From contig CAWKDB010000011.1 in assembly GCA_963848295.1 (NCBI GenBank), forward strand, positions 672,001-736,000: DNA of 64,000 nt, read 5' to 3'. This DNA is from an uncultured delta proteobacterium. GTDB lineage: Bacteria > Myxococcota_A > Polyangia > Haliangiales > Haliangiaceae. This document shows, piece by piece, positions 10,553-22,059 of the stretch. Numbering within the stretch: the first letter of the stretch is position 1; each line of letters opens with the position of its first letter. The position numbers and the translations under genes are program-made. The notes beneath the pieces are model-generated. The model did not search any database. It saw nothing but the letters and a program-made list of their open reading frames with translations, and was not told the DNA's origin.

Positions 10553-11901
10553 TTTGCCGCGCGGTCGCGATCGGGGTCGCGGTCGCGCTCGCCGTGCCGG
10601 CGCATGCGGAGCCGGGCTCGGTCGTCCGCGTCGAGGAGCACGACGTGAACTCCCCCCCGAGTCGCGGCCCGAAAATCGCGCCCGTGACGGTCGAGATGTT
10701 CTTCTTGCCGACCAAGAGCTCGAAGCAAGCGTACCTGCGCGTCGAGAAGCTGCAGGCCGAGCATCCGAGCCGCATCCGCCTGCTCTACCGCGTGATCGGC
10801 CGCGAGCGGTTGCCGTCGGCGGTGCTCGAGGCGTACGCCGAGGGCCTGTTCTTCGAGCTGATGGCGGTGCTCGACGACCCCACCGTGTCGCTGCCGTCGG
10901 CGATGCCCGACGACCGGATCATCGAGATCTGCCGCCGCGCCGGCGTCGATCCCGCGCGGGTCGCCGACGCGATCCAGCGCGAGCCGTTCGACGACGTGAT
11001 CGTCGCGAACCAGCAGCGCGAGGTCCAGCGCATTCCCGGGGCATCGCAATCGCCGATCTTCCAGGTGTGGTTCAACGGCCAGCCGAAGAGCTTCAGCGAC
11101 GATGCCAGCCTCGAGCGCGCCTACGTCGAAGCCTACGACCACGCGACCGACCTGCTCGCTCGCGGCGTCGCCCCCGAAGCGCTGTTCGACACGCTCGATG
11201 CCGAAGCGGCGGTCCGCGACGGGCCGTTCCAACGCGGCGAGACCGATTGGGCCGACACCGACAACCCGGACGAGACGCTCGCCTCGCCGCCCCTGGACCT
11301 CCACGGCCTACCGTCGTATGGCGCCGCCGATGCCGCGCTGACGATCGCGGTGCTGTGCGATCCGGGCAGGACGAACTGCGCGTCGGCGCGCAACGCGGCT
11401 CAGATGGTCGCCTACAACGCGCCCACCCGGGTGCGTGTCGTCTGGCAGCCGTTCTTCGATCCCGCCGACCCGCATACCACCGAGGTCGGCCTGCTCGGCG
11501 ATGCCGCGCTGTGCGCGGAACAGCTCGGGACGAACAGCGACGACGCGCGCGGCAACGAGTCCGCCGGGTGGACGTGGCTCAGGCAGGTCGCGGTGGAATC
11601 GAGTCAACGCAGTCGCCACGTCTCGGGCGAGACGATGATGGATCGCATCGCGGACCGCTTGGGGATCGACGGCCGCAAGCTCGCCGCATGCCGCGCGCGG
11701 ATCGCCGGCACGACCGTGACCCGGATCGAGGCCGCGCGGGCCTCGGGCGTGCGCACCTCGCCGGCCACGGTGGTTGGAGGCCGGATCTATCCTCCGATCG
11801 TCGACCCTGCGGCGCTGCAAGGGCTGGTCGAGCGCGAGCTCGCTCCCGGCGTGCTCGACAGCGCGGCGCCGTGGACCCATCCCGCGCGGCCGTTGCCCTA
11901 G
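10549..11901 (+). CDS. Secreted tandem thioredoxin-fold (DsbA-like) protein
   Basis: Signal peptide; two DsbA-like units (PSRGPKIAPVTVEMF...; PSYGAADAALTIAVLCD...GVRTSPATVVGGR); no canonical CxxC. Confidence 0.7.
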   Translation: MICRAVAIGVAVALAVPAHAEPGSVVRVEEHDVNSPPSRGPKIAPVTVEMFFLPTKSSKQAYLRVEKLQAEHPSRIRLLYRVIGRERLPSAVLEAYAEGLFFELMAVLDDPTVSLPSAMPDDRIIEICRRAGVDPARVADAIQREPFDDVIVANQQREVQRIPGASQSPIFQVWFNGQPKSFSDDASLERAYVEAYDHATDLLARGVAPEALFDTLDAEAAVRDGPFQRGETDWADTDNPDETLASPPLDLHGLPSYGAADAALTIAVLCDPGRTNCASARNAAQMVAYNAPTRVRVVWQPFFDPADPHTTEVGLLGDAALCAEQLGTNSDDARGNESAGWTWLRQVAVESSQRSRHVSGETMMDRIADRLGIDGRKLAACRARIAGTTVTRIEAARASGVRTSPATVVGGRIYPPIVDPAALQGLVERELAPGVLDSAAPWTHPARPLP

Positions 11902-11943
11902 GTGCGTTGACCCCCTCGCGGCAGCGTGTTACCCGAAGAAGGG

Positions 11944-13243
<1,300 letters not shown>

Positions 13244-13252
13244 CAAACTCGG

Positions 13253-16210
13253 TCACGAGTTGTCGTCGTCGTCGCCGGCGTTGACCGCGGAGCCGACCTC
13301 GCCCGGCACCGTCGACCACACATCCTCGTAACCGGCGACACCGGTCTTCGTCGTGATCGGCTTGAGCTCGGCGGCGGCTTGCTGGAGATCGAGCACCGCC
13401 TTGGCGACGTCATCGGCCTGACGTCGCGTGAGATCGAGCAAGTGGCTCGCCGCCGCCATCTTGTCGGTCGCCGCCAGGTAGCTCGCGCGCGCCTGCTGGA
13501 TCGGCACCTCGAGGTTGTCCTGCTCTTGGTTCGAGGCCAGCGCGGAGTTCTCGAAGTTGTCCGCCATGCCTTTGCCGGCGTACATCGCAGCGGCGGCGCC
13601 GCTGCTCGGCGCGTCGATCAAGTGAGACATCGCGCGATTGACCGCCTGGTCGAGTCGCTGCAAGCGGTGGTTGTCGCGCTTGATATTCGCGTTCAGCGTG
13701 TCCATCTCCTTCTGCATCGCCGCGAGCTTCGGATCGCCACCGTCGTGATGGGCGGCCATCGCCTCGGCCCCGATGTTGCCGCGATAGTTCTTCAACAGAA
13801 CCAAGTTGTGTTGGATCTGGTCGAGGACCTTCTGGCGCAACTCGCCCGGCAGATCGGTGTACTGGCTGCGATCGTCGATGGCGGCGTACCGGCCCGCCTG
13901 CTCCTTGATCATCGTCTCGACTTCGGCATAGACGGTCTTCGGGTCGGCGCCGGCGTCGAGGTCCTTATCGAGCTTTGCGACCTTCTGCTCGAACTCGATC
14001 CGGCCTTCCTTGCCCGGGAAGTTCTTGTCGCCCTTGAGCTCGACATCCCACTCGAGCGACTTGCCGCCGACGTAACCGAGCCCGCCGAACCCGGCCGCGC
14101 CGCGCTCCGCGATGAACGCACTGAATGCCCGGCGTCGATCTTCGTCGTTGGTGGCCTCGGCGAACTTCGGATACTTCGCGAGCTCGTCCATCGTCTCCTT
14201 GGGGATATCAGCCGACAGCGTCCAATCGCCCGACGCCTTCGCCGCGTGACCCTTCGCATCGCCCATCATGAACAGCTCGTTCATCGCGGCGCGATTGTGG
14301 TCGCCGTTCTCGCCGCTGTACTTCATCGTCGCGGTGTAGCCAGCGTCCTGGCCGTTTTCCATGCGCGATTCGAGCGATGCGCTCGAATGGGCATCGCGGT
14401 CGCCGAGGAACGTCGAGCTGAACCAGCCGGCGTTGATGTCGTTGGCCTGCGTACCGTGGAAGGCCTCGTGCTCGCCCTTGTCGTCCGTCCTGATGTTCTC
14501 GTCGGTGGTCGCCGTGTAGTCGTTCGTGAGGCCACCGAGCGCGATCGCGTCCTTGTCTTCCGCCCGCGCGATCCGCTCGACGAGCATGCGATGCGCGGTT
14601 CCGTCGGCGGGCGCGACATGATCTTTGCAGAACTTCTCGTACGCGGCTTGGCCCTGGGTCGTGAACAAGTCGAACCGCCAGGTGATCGCGACCGCGCTGT
14701 TCTTCGTCGTGCTGACCGTGTCGGACAAGCCGCCGGCGATGCTGATCTCGTGCTCCCTCTCGCCCGCGATGGTCACCGTCACGTCGATGTGCTGCGCGTC
14801 GACGCGCTTCATGTCCATCTCGTTGGTCTTGCTCTCGTGCGCCGCCGCGCCGAGCTTGGCACCCTCGAGCGAGACGCTCCCGTTCGCGGACAGCGTCGTC
14901 GTGTTGCCGCCGCCGATGGTCTCGCCGATCGGGAGCAGCATCGCGCCGCCCACGGTGGCAGGATCGACAAGGGGCTCGCCGAGGCCCTCCGCGGGATGGC
15001 CGTAGAACTCGAGCGCTTCGAAGTAGTTCTCGAACAGCTTCGTGCCGCTCTCGAAGTTCTTCGACTCGGCGCCGCCGCCGATGCCGACGCTGAACCCGCC
15101 GCCGCCGAGCGAGCCGCCGCCCGACGCGCCGTTCGTCGTGGCGCGGACGTACGAGACCTGCCACTTTCCGTCGCTCCACACCGGCGGCGTCGCGGTCACC
15201 TTCGTGCCGTGCGACACCGACGCGTTGACGCCACTGCCGCCCTTCGTCATCAACGAATAGCCGGCGTGGGCGGACACGCCGTCGGGACCGATCGAGGCCC
15301 CGGCGTTCGCGCTTTGCGTCGTACCGTTGGCGTTGGTGTGGCCGAAGTTACCGGTGGCCGACACGGCCTCCTTGTTGATCCCGAGCGTGCCGCCCGCGGT
15401 GGTGCTCGCCCCAGGCGCCCCCTCGGCCGGCTTGGAGGTGTGCTGGAATCCGCCCTTGGGGCCGCCATCTCCCCAGCCGAGGCTGCCCTTGTTGGTCTTC
15501 TCGACGCCATCCGCGACCGTCGAGTGCGACGCACCGAGGTCGACATCGACGCCATCCGGGCCGTAGCCGCCGGCGATATCGTGTCCCTTCCCCTTGCCGT
15601 GCTCACCGGCCTTGACGGCGGTGTCGTGAGACGCCGCGAGGTTGAAGCCCTTGGTGTTGATGCCGCCGCTGACATTGGAGGACTTGTCGACGCCGACGCC
15701 GTGATCGTCGGTCTTGACCACCGTCGCGTGACTGCCGGTCACACCGTAACCGCCGTTCGCGGCCTTGCCGCCGCCGACCATGTTGGTGGTGTCTCGTTGG
15801 TAGCTGTCCTCGCCGTTGATCGCGACATCGGTCGTCTTCCGGCCGATCGACGCGTTCTGGTCTTTGGCGCTGAAGCTGCCGACCACCTTGTGGTCATTGG
15901 TGACGAGTTGATTCTCGACGCCTGGATCGTTCTCGGGCAGCCCGTCGGCGCGCGGTGGCTTCGCGCCGCCCGCGATCGCTGCAACCCTCTGGGTGTAGCC
16001 CATGCCCAACGTCGCATTCAGCTTGCGGTAGATCAGCTCGCTGTCGCCGGGATGCGCCTTGACGAGCGCAGCGACCGCCGCGGGGTTCGGCTTGCCTTCT
16101 GCGAGCAGCGCATCGAGCGCTTGCAGACTGAGCTTGCGCTGGAGCGGGGGCCCTTCGGGCTGCGGTCCTTGCGCGGTCGCGGTCGTAGGTTGGTGGTCGT
16201 GCTCGGACAT
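13253..16210 (-). CDS. Large hypothetical protein (985 aa): Gly/Ser/Thr-rich beta-repeat N-half, helical C-half
   Basis: Long ORF with natural amino-acid composition; N-terminal LQRK and LNATLGMGYTQRV motifs; no signal peptide. Confidence 0.8.
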   Translation of the reverse strand: MSEHDHQPTTATAQGPQPEGPPLQRKLSLQALDALLAEGKPNPAAVAALVKAHPGDSELIYRKLNATLGMGYTQRVAAIAGGAKPPRADGLPENDPGVENQLVTNDHKVVGSFSAKDQNASIGRKTTDVAINGEDSYQRDTTNMVGGGKAANGGYGVTGSHATVVKTDDHGVGVDKSSNVSGGINTKGFNLAASHDTAVKAGEHGKGKGHDIAGGYGPDGVDVDLGASHSTVADGVEKTNKGSLGWGDGGPKGGFQHTSKPAEGAPGASTTAGGTLGINKEAVSATGNFGHTNANGTTQSANAGASIGPDGVSAHAGYSLMTKGGSGVNASVSHGTKVTATPPVWSDGKWQVSYVRATTNGASGGGSLGGGGFSVGIGGGAESKNFESGTKLFENYFEALEFYGHPAEGLGEPLVDPATVGGAMLLPIGETIGGGNTTTLSANGSVSLEGAKLGAAAHESKTNEMDMKRVDAQHIDVTVTIAGEREHEISIAGGLSDTVSTTKNSAVAITWRFDLFTTQGQAAYEKFCKDHVAPADGTAHRMLVERIARAEDKDAIALGGLTNDYTATTDENIRTDDKGEHEAFHGTQANDINAGWFSSTFLGDRDAHSSASLESRMENGQDAGYTATMKYSGENGDHNRAAMNELFMMGDAKGHAAKASGDWTLSADIPKETMDELAKYPKFAEATNDEDRRRAFSAFIAERGAAGFGGLGYVGGKSLEWDVELKGDKNFPGKEGRIEFEQKVAKLDKDLDAGADPKTVYAEVETMIKEQAGRYAAIDDRSQYTDLPGELRQKVLDQIQHNLVLLKNYRGNIGAEAMAAHHDGGDPKLAAMQKEMDTLNANIKRDNHRLQRLDQAVNRAMSHLIDAPSSGAAAAMYAGKGMADNFENSALASNQEQDNLEVPIQQARASYLAATDKMAAASHLLDLTRRQADDVAKAVLDLQQAAAELKPITTKTGVAGYEDVWSTVPGEVGSAVNAGDDDDNS

Positions 16211-16370
16211 CGGAGCTAGATACTACGCTCGCGCGGGCTCTGGACTTCCGCTGGAGTGGGCTCCCAAGACGTGCCCCGGCCGATCGCGAGAAATCGTTGT
16301 AATCGGGATTGCGCGATGTAGGTGCAAGTCCGCAGCGCTGCGACCGCGGCTGTGCCGTACGATAGTGCGC

Positions 16371-17567
16371 GTGCCGGAGGAGTTCGGCTCTTATCTCGTC
16401 GGCGAGCAGCTGGGAATCGGCGGCATGGCGGTCGTGCATCTCGCGGAGGCGAGGAGCGCGGCGGGCTTTCGCAAGCGCGTCGCCTTGAAGCGGTTGTTGC
16501 CGCACGTCGCGCACAACCCCGAGCTCGTCGCCGCGTTCGCGGCCGAGGCGCGGCTCGCCGGCTACCTGCGGCACCCGAACATCGCGCAGATCTTCGACTT
16601 CGGAAAGCTCGAGGGCGTGCACTACATCGCGTTCGAGTTCGTGCCCGGTCCGACGCTCGAGCAGCTCGCGCGCCAGTGCAACGCGAATGTCGGTCCGATC
16701 CCGACGCCGATCGTGCTCAACATCGCGCACCAGATCTGCGATGCGCTCGACCACGCACACAACCTGACCGACGAAGCCGGTCGGCCGCTCGGCATCGTGC
16801 ATCGCGACGTGTCGCCGCCGAATCTGATCGTGTCGAACAACGGCCTGGTCAAGCTCATCGACTTCGGGCTCGCGAAGGCCAAGCGCGCATCGAACGACAC
16901 CCAGGTCGGCGTCATCAAGGGCAAGCTCAGCTACGTCGCGCCGGAGTACCTCGCCGGCAAGCTCGATGCGCGCTGCGACTTGTGGGCGGTCGGCGTCGTC
17001 GTGCACGAGCTGCTCACCGGCCACAAGCTGTTCGATGCGGCGAACGACTTCGAGGCGCTCGATCGCGTGCGATCGATGCGGGTCCGGCCGCCCTCGAAGT
17101 CGAACCCCGACGTGCCCGACGATCTCGATGACATCGTGATGACCGCGCTGCAGCGCGATCCGGCGAGCCGGTGGCAAAGCGCCGCTGCCATGCGCACCGC
17201 GCTCGGTGGGGTCGCGGCCCAGCTCCAAGCGATCACGAACTCGCAGCTGATCGATTGGGTCGAGTGGGCGTTCATGCAAGACCGCAAGCCGCAGGACAGC
17301 GTCGTCGCGAAGCTGATCGAGATCCTCGATCAACCGAGCCGGCCGATCGAGGCGGTCGCCGATGACGATCCGAAGGCATCGCGGCCCGCGATCGTCGCGG
17401 CGATGCTCGAGCGCCGCAAACAGACGACGCCGGCGGTCGGCGCCGAGGTCGTGCGACCGGTGCTGCGCCAGCGGTCGCGGGTTGGCCTCGTGCTCCTGTT
17501 GCTCGTGCTGGTGCTCGCAGCCGGCGCCGCCGGGGCGATCGCGACCTACGGTGTGCCGCGATGGTAG
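16371..17567 (+). CDS. Ser/Thr protein kinase with C-terminal TM helix
   Basis: LGIGGMAVV, VALKRL, HRDVSPPN, KLIDFG, GKLSYVAPE, DLWAVG. Confidence 0.95.
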   Translation: MPEEFGSYLVGEQLGIGGMAVVHLAEARSAAGFRKRVALKRLLPHVAHNPELVAAFAAEARLAGYLRHPNIAQIFDFGKLEGVHYIAFEFVPGPTLEQLARQCNANVGPIPTPIVLNIAHQICDALDHAHNLTDEAGRPLGIVHRDVSPPNLIVSNNGLVKLIDFGLAKAKRASNDTQVGVIKGKLSYVAPEYLAGKLDARCDLWAVGVVVHELLTGHKLFDAANDFEALDRVRSMRVRPPSKSNPDVPDDLDDIVMTALQRDPASRWQSAAAMRTALGGVAAQLQAITNSQLIDWVEWAFMQDRKPQDSVVAKLIEILDQPSRPIEAVADDDPKASRPAIVAAMLERRKQTTPAVGAEVVRPVLRQRSRVGLVLLLLVLVLAAGAAGAIATYGVPRW

Positions 17568-18685
17568 CCGAGGGCGCGGAACCGCAGAGCTTCGGCCGCT
17601 ACCTCGTCTACGAGCAGCTCGGCGAAGGCGGGATGGCGACCGTGCACCGCGCCGAGCGGGTCGGCAAGGATGGCCGGCGCGAGTGCGCGCTCAAGCGGCT
17701 ACTGCCGCGGGTCGCGGTCCAGCAGGAAGCGCGGCGCGCGTTCGTCGATGAAGGCCGGCTGACCCGGTACCTGCATCATCCCAACATCGTCGCGACCTAC
17801 GAGTCCGGCACGTACCGCGAGACCGCGTTCATCGCGATGGAGTACGCGCCCGGCCCGACGCTCAAGCAGCTCGCGCAGCACTGCAGCGTGACCGCGGGCG
17901 CGATCCCGGCGCCGGTGATGCTGAACATCGCGGCGCAGCTATGCGACGCGCTCGACTACGCGCACAACCTGTGCGGCGACGATGGCGAGCCGCTCGGCAT
18001 CATCCACCGCGACGTCTCGCCATCGAACATCATCGTGTTCGATGGCGGCCTCGTGAAGTTGATCGACTTCGGGCTCGCGAAGGCTCGGCTGCGCACCGGC
18101 GAAGAGACCGCGGTCGGCCTGATCAAGGGCAAGTACAACTACATCGCGCCCGAGTACCTCGCGGGCGAGCTCGATCCGCGCGCCGACCTGTGGGCGGTCG
18201 GGGTCGTGATGTACGAGCTGCTGACCAGCCGGCGCCTGTTCGACGGGTTCGACGACGTCGAGACCATGACCCGCGTGCGCAAGTTGCCGATCCCGCGGCC
18301 GTCGATCGCCAATCCACGCGTGTCGCGCGAGGTCGACGAGGTCGTGATGACGGCGCTCGAGCGCGACCCGACCCGGCGGTGGCAGAGCGCGGCCGCGATG
18401 CGCGATGCGCTGCGCGCCGTGATCGCGATGCCCGGCAACTTCGTCGCGAACCAAGTCGTGATCGATTGGACGACGTGGGTATTCGGCCAGCACGCGCGCA
18501 CCGAGGTCAGCGGGTTGTCGCCGCTGCTTCCGCCGCCACCTCCTCCGCCGGCTGCGGTCGCGACCGTCCCCGCGCAAGCGCGCGAGCTCGATGCGACCGG
18601 CGCGCACTATCGCCGGTTGATGTGGCGGGTGCTGGCGATCCTCGTCGCGGTGTTCGTGCTCGAGCTGATCGTCTCGCGCTGCTAG
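17561..18685 (+). CDS. Ser/Thr protein kinase (tandem paralog) with C-terminal TM helix
   Basis: LGEGGMATV, ALKRL, HRDVSPSN, KLIDFG, GKYNYIAPE. Confidence 0.95.
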   Translation: MVAEGAEPQSFGRYLVYEQLGEGGMATVHRAERVGKDGRRECALKRLLPRVAVQQEARRAFVDEGRLTRYLHHPNIVATYESGTYRETAFIAMEYAPGPTLKQLAQHCSVTAGAIPAPVMLNIAAQLCDALDYAHNLCGDDGEPLGIIHRDVSPSNIIVFDGGLVKLIDFGLAKARLRTGEETAVGLIKGKYNYIAPEYLAGELDPRADLWAVGVVMYELLTSRRLFDGFDDVETMTRVRKLPIPRPSIANPRVSREVDEVVMTALERDPTRRWQSAAAMRDALRAVIAMPGNFVANQVVIDWTTWVFGQHARTEVSGLSPLLPPPPPPPAAVATVPAQARELDATGAHYRRLMWRVLAILVAVFVLELIVSRC

Positions 18686-19821
18686 CGCACGATGTGCGGC
18701 ACGAACCGCGCGGTGTTGCTCGTGACGTAGCCCGGCGTCTCGCGAATGCCGATGCCGGCGGGCGCACCACCGACGACCCACGAGCCGATCACCGGACGCA
18801 TGCCGTCGAGCTCGCCGAGCTCGGCGTACGCCTGGTAGACGTAGCCGGCGCCGACGTACGGTCCGGCGGTCGCGACCTCGACGCCGGGCGCGACGATCGT
18901 GACGTTCGAGCCTTCGCGGCCGAGCAACGGCTTCCTGACGAACGCGGCGCCGACCGGCCCGGGCTCGCGCGACGCCGGCAGCAGATTCGGATGGCCGGGA
19001 TACAGCTCCCACAGCAGCGGCAAGATCGCCTTGTTCGACAGCACCATCTTCCACGCGGGCTCGAGCCATGCGAGGTCCAAGCGCGGCAGCACCGGGGCGA
19101 GCCGATCGAGCACCAGGCCCTCCCATGGATACAGCTTGAACAAGCTGCGGATCGGCCGGCCGCTGAGATCGACGAGCAGCGACCGACTCGCGTCCCAGCC
19201 GAGGTCGGCGATCGCGAGCTCGGCGGTCGCGAGCCCGGCCTGCTCGGCGGTATCGCGCAGGTAGCCGACCGTCATCCGATCCTCCAGATCGTCGACACAC
19301 GTGAAGTGGACGACGTCGCCGAGCCGGGGGGCGAGCTGGCGCCAGGTCGCGACCAACGCATCGTGCAGGCGATTCTGCTGATCGATCGATCGGCTGTCGC
19401 CGTCATCGAACGCCTCGGCGAGCCACGTCCACTGGATCACCGCGGCCTCGAGCAAGCTGGTCGGCGTGTCCGCGTTGTACTCGAGCATCTTCGCCACGCC
19501 GTCGCCGAACGCGAGATCGAACCGGCCGTACAACGACGGCGGCTGGTCGCGCCAGGTGCGCTCGACCAGCGCGATCGCGAGCGGCGACAGGCCGAGCTCG
19601 CCGAGTCGCCCGCGCTCGACGAGCGTGCCGACCGCCTCGACACATAACGCATGCAGCTCGCGGGTCGCGCGCTCGATCGCGTCGGCTTCCGTTGCGGTGA
19701 ATTCGTAGTAGGTGCCCTCGCCCCAGTACACCGCGTTGTCGCTCGTCGAATGAAATAGCAGGCCTTGCGCTTCGATCCGCGCGCGCCATTCGGGGCGCAT
19801 GGCGATCGAGTTGCGCTTCAT
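18682..19821 (-). CDS. Glutathionylspermidine synthase-family ATP-grasp ligase (YgiC/YjfC-like)
   Basis: YGRFD, LEYNADTPTSLLE, FKLYPWE, EPAWKMVLSNKAILPLLW, KPLLGREGSN, GIRE, FVPH. Confidence 0.93.
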   Translation of the reverse strand: MKRNSIAMRPEWRARIEAQGLLFHSTSDNAVYWGEGTYYEFTATEADAIERATRELHALCVEAVGTLVERGRLGELGLSPLAIALVERTWRDQPPSLYGRFDLAFGDGVAKMLEYNADTPTSLLEAAVIQWTWLAEAFDDGDSRSIDQQNRLHDALVATWRQLAPRLGDVVHFTCVDDLEDRMTVGYLRDTAEQAGLATAELAIADLGWDASRSLLVDLSGRPIRSLFKLYPWEGLVLDRLAPVLPRLDLAWLEPAWKMVLSNKAILPLLWELYPGHPNLLPASREPGPVGAAFVRKPLLGREGSNVTIVAPGVEVATAGPYVGAGYVYQAYAELGELDGMRPVIGSWVVGGAPAGIGIRETPGYVTSNTARFVPHIVR

Positions 19822-19823
19822 GC

Positions 19824-20228
19824 TCAGCCGCCGTGGCCGTGCCCACCACCGCCGTGACCGCCGCGACCGCCGGACCAGAAGTAGCTACCGAAGCCGCCGC
19901 GGATCACGCCGCCCGAAACGTAGACGTCGTCATCGTCGTCGAAGCAATCGTCGCGCAGCCGCCAGTTCGGATCGTCGTCGCAATCGAGCTCTTGCAGCGT
20001 GGGGGTCATGCCCGGCGGCGCGAGCCCGAGTTGCTCGCTCGGATCCGCCGGGGCCGGAAGCGGCTGGGTCGCGCCTGGAGGCGAGACCTGCGCTTCGTCG
20101 GGCACGGCGGGCGCGTCGTCCGCGGAGGGATCCGGATCCGCGGGAGGCAACGGCGGCTCGGCAGCGGCGACGGCGGCGGACGCCAGCATCGGCAGCAACG
20201 TCAGCTTGACCGCGGTGGACCGGCGCAT
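19824..20228 (-). CDS. Small exported protein with RGGFG motif and Gly/His tail
   Basis: Signal peptide, Pro/acidic linker, C-x9-C, then VIRGGFGSYFWSGGRGGHGGGGHGHGG; 2 nt upstream of the ATP-grasp gene. Confidence 0.75.
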   Translation of the reverse strand: MRRSTAVKLTLLPMLASAAVAAAEPPLPPADPDPSADDAPAVPDEAQVSPPGATQPLPAPADPSEQLGLAPPGMTPTLQELDCDDDPNWRLRDDCFDDDDDVYVSGGVIRGGFGSYFWSGGRGGHGGGGHGHGG

Positions 20229-20280
20229 ACCCTTATCGTGCGCCGGGGCCGCCCGGAGGCTCGTGAAATTAGGATGAACC

Positions 20281-20753
20281 TCACCGGCTGCCGGTCGTTG
20301 CCGCCGAATGCGCGGCGATCACGTCCGGCGGCGCCTGGACGAGCTCGATCAGTACGCCTTCACCCGACAGCGGCGTCGCGCCATCGCCCTTGGGATGGAT
20401 GAAGCAAACATCGTGACCGGCGGCGCCCTTGCGGATCCCGCCGGGCGTGAATCGCACCCCTTGCGCGCCGAGCCATGCCACCGCCGCCGCGAGGTCGTCG
20501 ACCCACAGCCCGACGTGGTTGAGCCGCGGTTCGTGGACCTTCGGGCTCTTCGTCGCGTCGATCGGCTCCATCAGAGTCGATCTCGACGCCGGCGATCGCC
20601 AGGATGTCCTCGTCGACGTTCTCGCGCTCGCTGCGAAACGCTGCCGACGACCGGCAGGCCGAGCAGATCGACCCACAACCGGCGCAGCGCCGCCTTGCTC
20701 GGGCCGCCGATCGCGAGCTGCTGCACGCCGAGGATGCGGAACGGTCGGGTCAC
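20281..20753 (-). CDS. VOC-family protein, (ethyl/methyl)malonyl-CoA epimerase-like (two +1 frameshifts)
   Basis: Reconstructed as [17 protein letters not shown]...[21 protein letters not shown](L)MEP...[10 protein letters not shown]...[16 protein letters not shown]...GVLIELVQ; translationally coupled to ccr. Confidence 0.8.
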
Positions 20754-22036
20754 GGTGTCGCCGCGCGCACCTCGGCGAGCGTGCGCATACCGGGCCGCGG
20801 CGCATTGACGAGGATCGCCATGTTGCCCGACGGGTGCTGGTTATCGCGCATCAACTGATGGCAGTCGCCGGTCTCGTTCCACGCGAACACGCGCGACATG
20901 CACGGGTCGACCTTGCCGGCGATCACGAGGTCGTTGATCCCCTTGGCCTGGTCGTCGTTCGCGAAGTGCGAGCCTTGCAGCCGCTTCTGGCGCATCCAGT
21001 GGTAGCGCAGATCGAGCGTCGCGTTGTAGCCGGTCGTGCCGGCGCAGATCACGATCATGCCGCCGGTGTCGCACACGAAGCACGAGGTCGGCAGCGTGGT
21101 CTCGCCGGGATGCTCGAACACGATCGCCGGATTCTTCTTGTCGCCGAGCGCATCCCAGAACGCGCTGCCGAACGCGCGCGCGCCCTTGAGCCACAGCGCG
21201 TACTCGATGTCGTCGGACCAGCGCGGGAGCTTGCCCCAATGCTCGAACTTGCGGCGATCGATCACCCCGACCGCGCCGAGCTTGGTGCAGAACTCGCTCT
21301 TCGAATCACCGGACATCACCGCGACCGCGCGACCACCGGCGGCGCGCACGATCTGGATCGCCATCGAGCCCAACCCGCCGGCGCCACCCCACACGAGCAC
21401 GGGATCGCCGGCGCGGATGGTGTGCGGCGCCCAGCCGTGCAACATGCGGTACGCGGTCGCGCCGACCAGCATGTACGACGCGGCTTGCTCCCACGTCAGG
21501 TGCTCGGGCTTGGGCAGGCACTGGTGCGCTTGGACCTTCGTGTACTGCGCGAAGCTGCCCCAGTTCGATTCGTAGCCCCAGATCCGCTGCGACGGCGCGA
21601 GCATCGGGTCTTTGCCGGCGACGATGTGCGGATCGTCGTGATCCCACATGCCGCAGTGGACGACGACGTCGTCGCCGACCGCGACGTTCGTGACCTCCTT
21701 GCCGACCGCCCACACGACACCGCTCGCGTCGGAGCCGCCGACGTGGAAGTCCTCTTTATCGCCCTTCTTCTGGCGCGCCTTGATGACGTCGATCGGGATG
21801 CCCATCGCCGCCCACACGTTGTTGTAGTTGACGCCGGCGGCCATCACGTAGACCAGCACCTCGCGCGGACCGAGCGCGGGCACCGGCACCGGCTCCTCGC
21901 GAAACGCGTCGCGCGGCTCGCCGAACCGCTCGGCGCGGATCACCTGCGCGAGCATCTTCGCGGGCACGGCCCCGAGGTCAGGGACGTCACCGAGCGAGTA
22001 GAGATCCGCAGCTCTCGAAGCGGTCGCGGTCATCAC
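20750..22036 (-). CDS. ccr: Crotonyl-CoA carboxylase/reductase
   Basis: [64 protein letters not shown]. Confidence 0.93.
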   Translation of the reverse strand: MMTATASRAADLYSLGDVPDLGAVPAKMLAQVIRAERFGEPRDAFREEPVPVPALGPREVLVYVMAAGVNYNNVWAAMGIPIDVIKARQKKGDKEDFHVGGSDASGVVWAVGKEVTNVAVGDDVVVHCGMWDHDDPHIVAGKDPMLAPSQRIWGYESNWGSFAQYTKVQAHQCLPKPEHLTWEQAASYMLVGATAYRMLHGWAPHTIRAGDPVLVWGGAGGLGSMAIQIVRAAGGRAVAVMSGDSKSEFCTKLGAVGVIDRRKFEHWGKLPRWSDDIEYALWLKGARAFGSAFWDALGDKKNPAIVFEHPGETTLPTSCFVCDTGGMIVICAGTTGYNATLDLRYHWMRQKRLQGSHFANDDQAKGINDLVIAGKVDPCMSRVFAWNETGDCHQLMRDNQHPSGNMAILVNAPRPGMRTLAEVRAATP

Positions 22037-22059
22037 GCCTCGAATCTACGCGATCCAGG

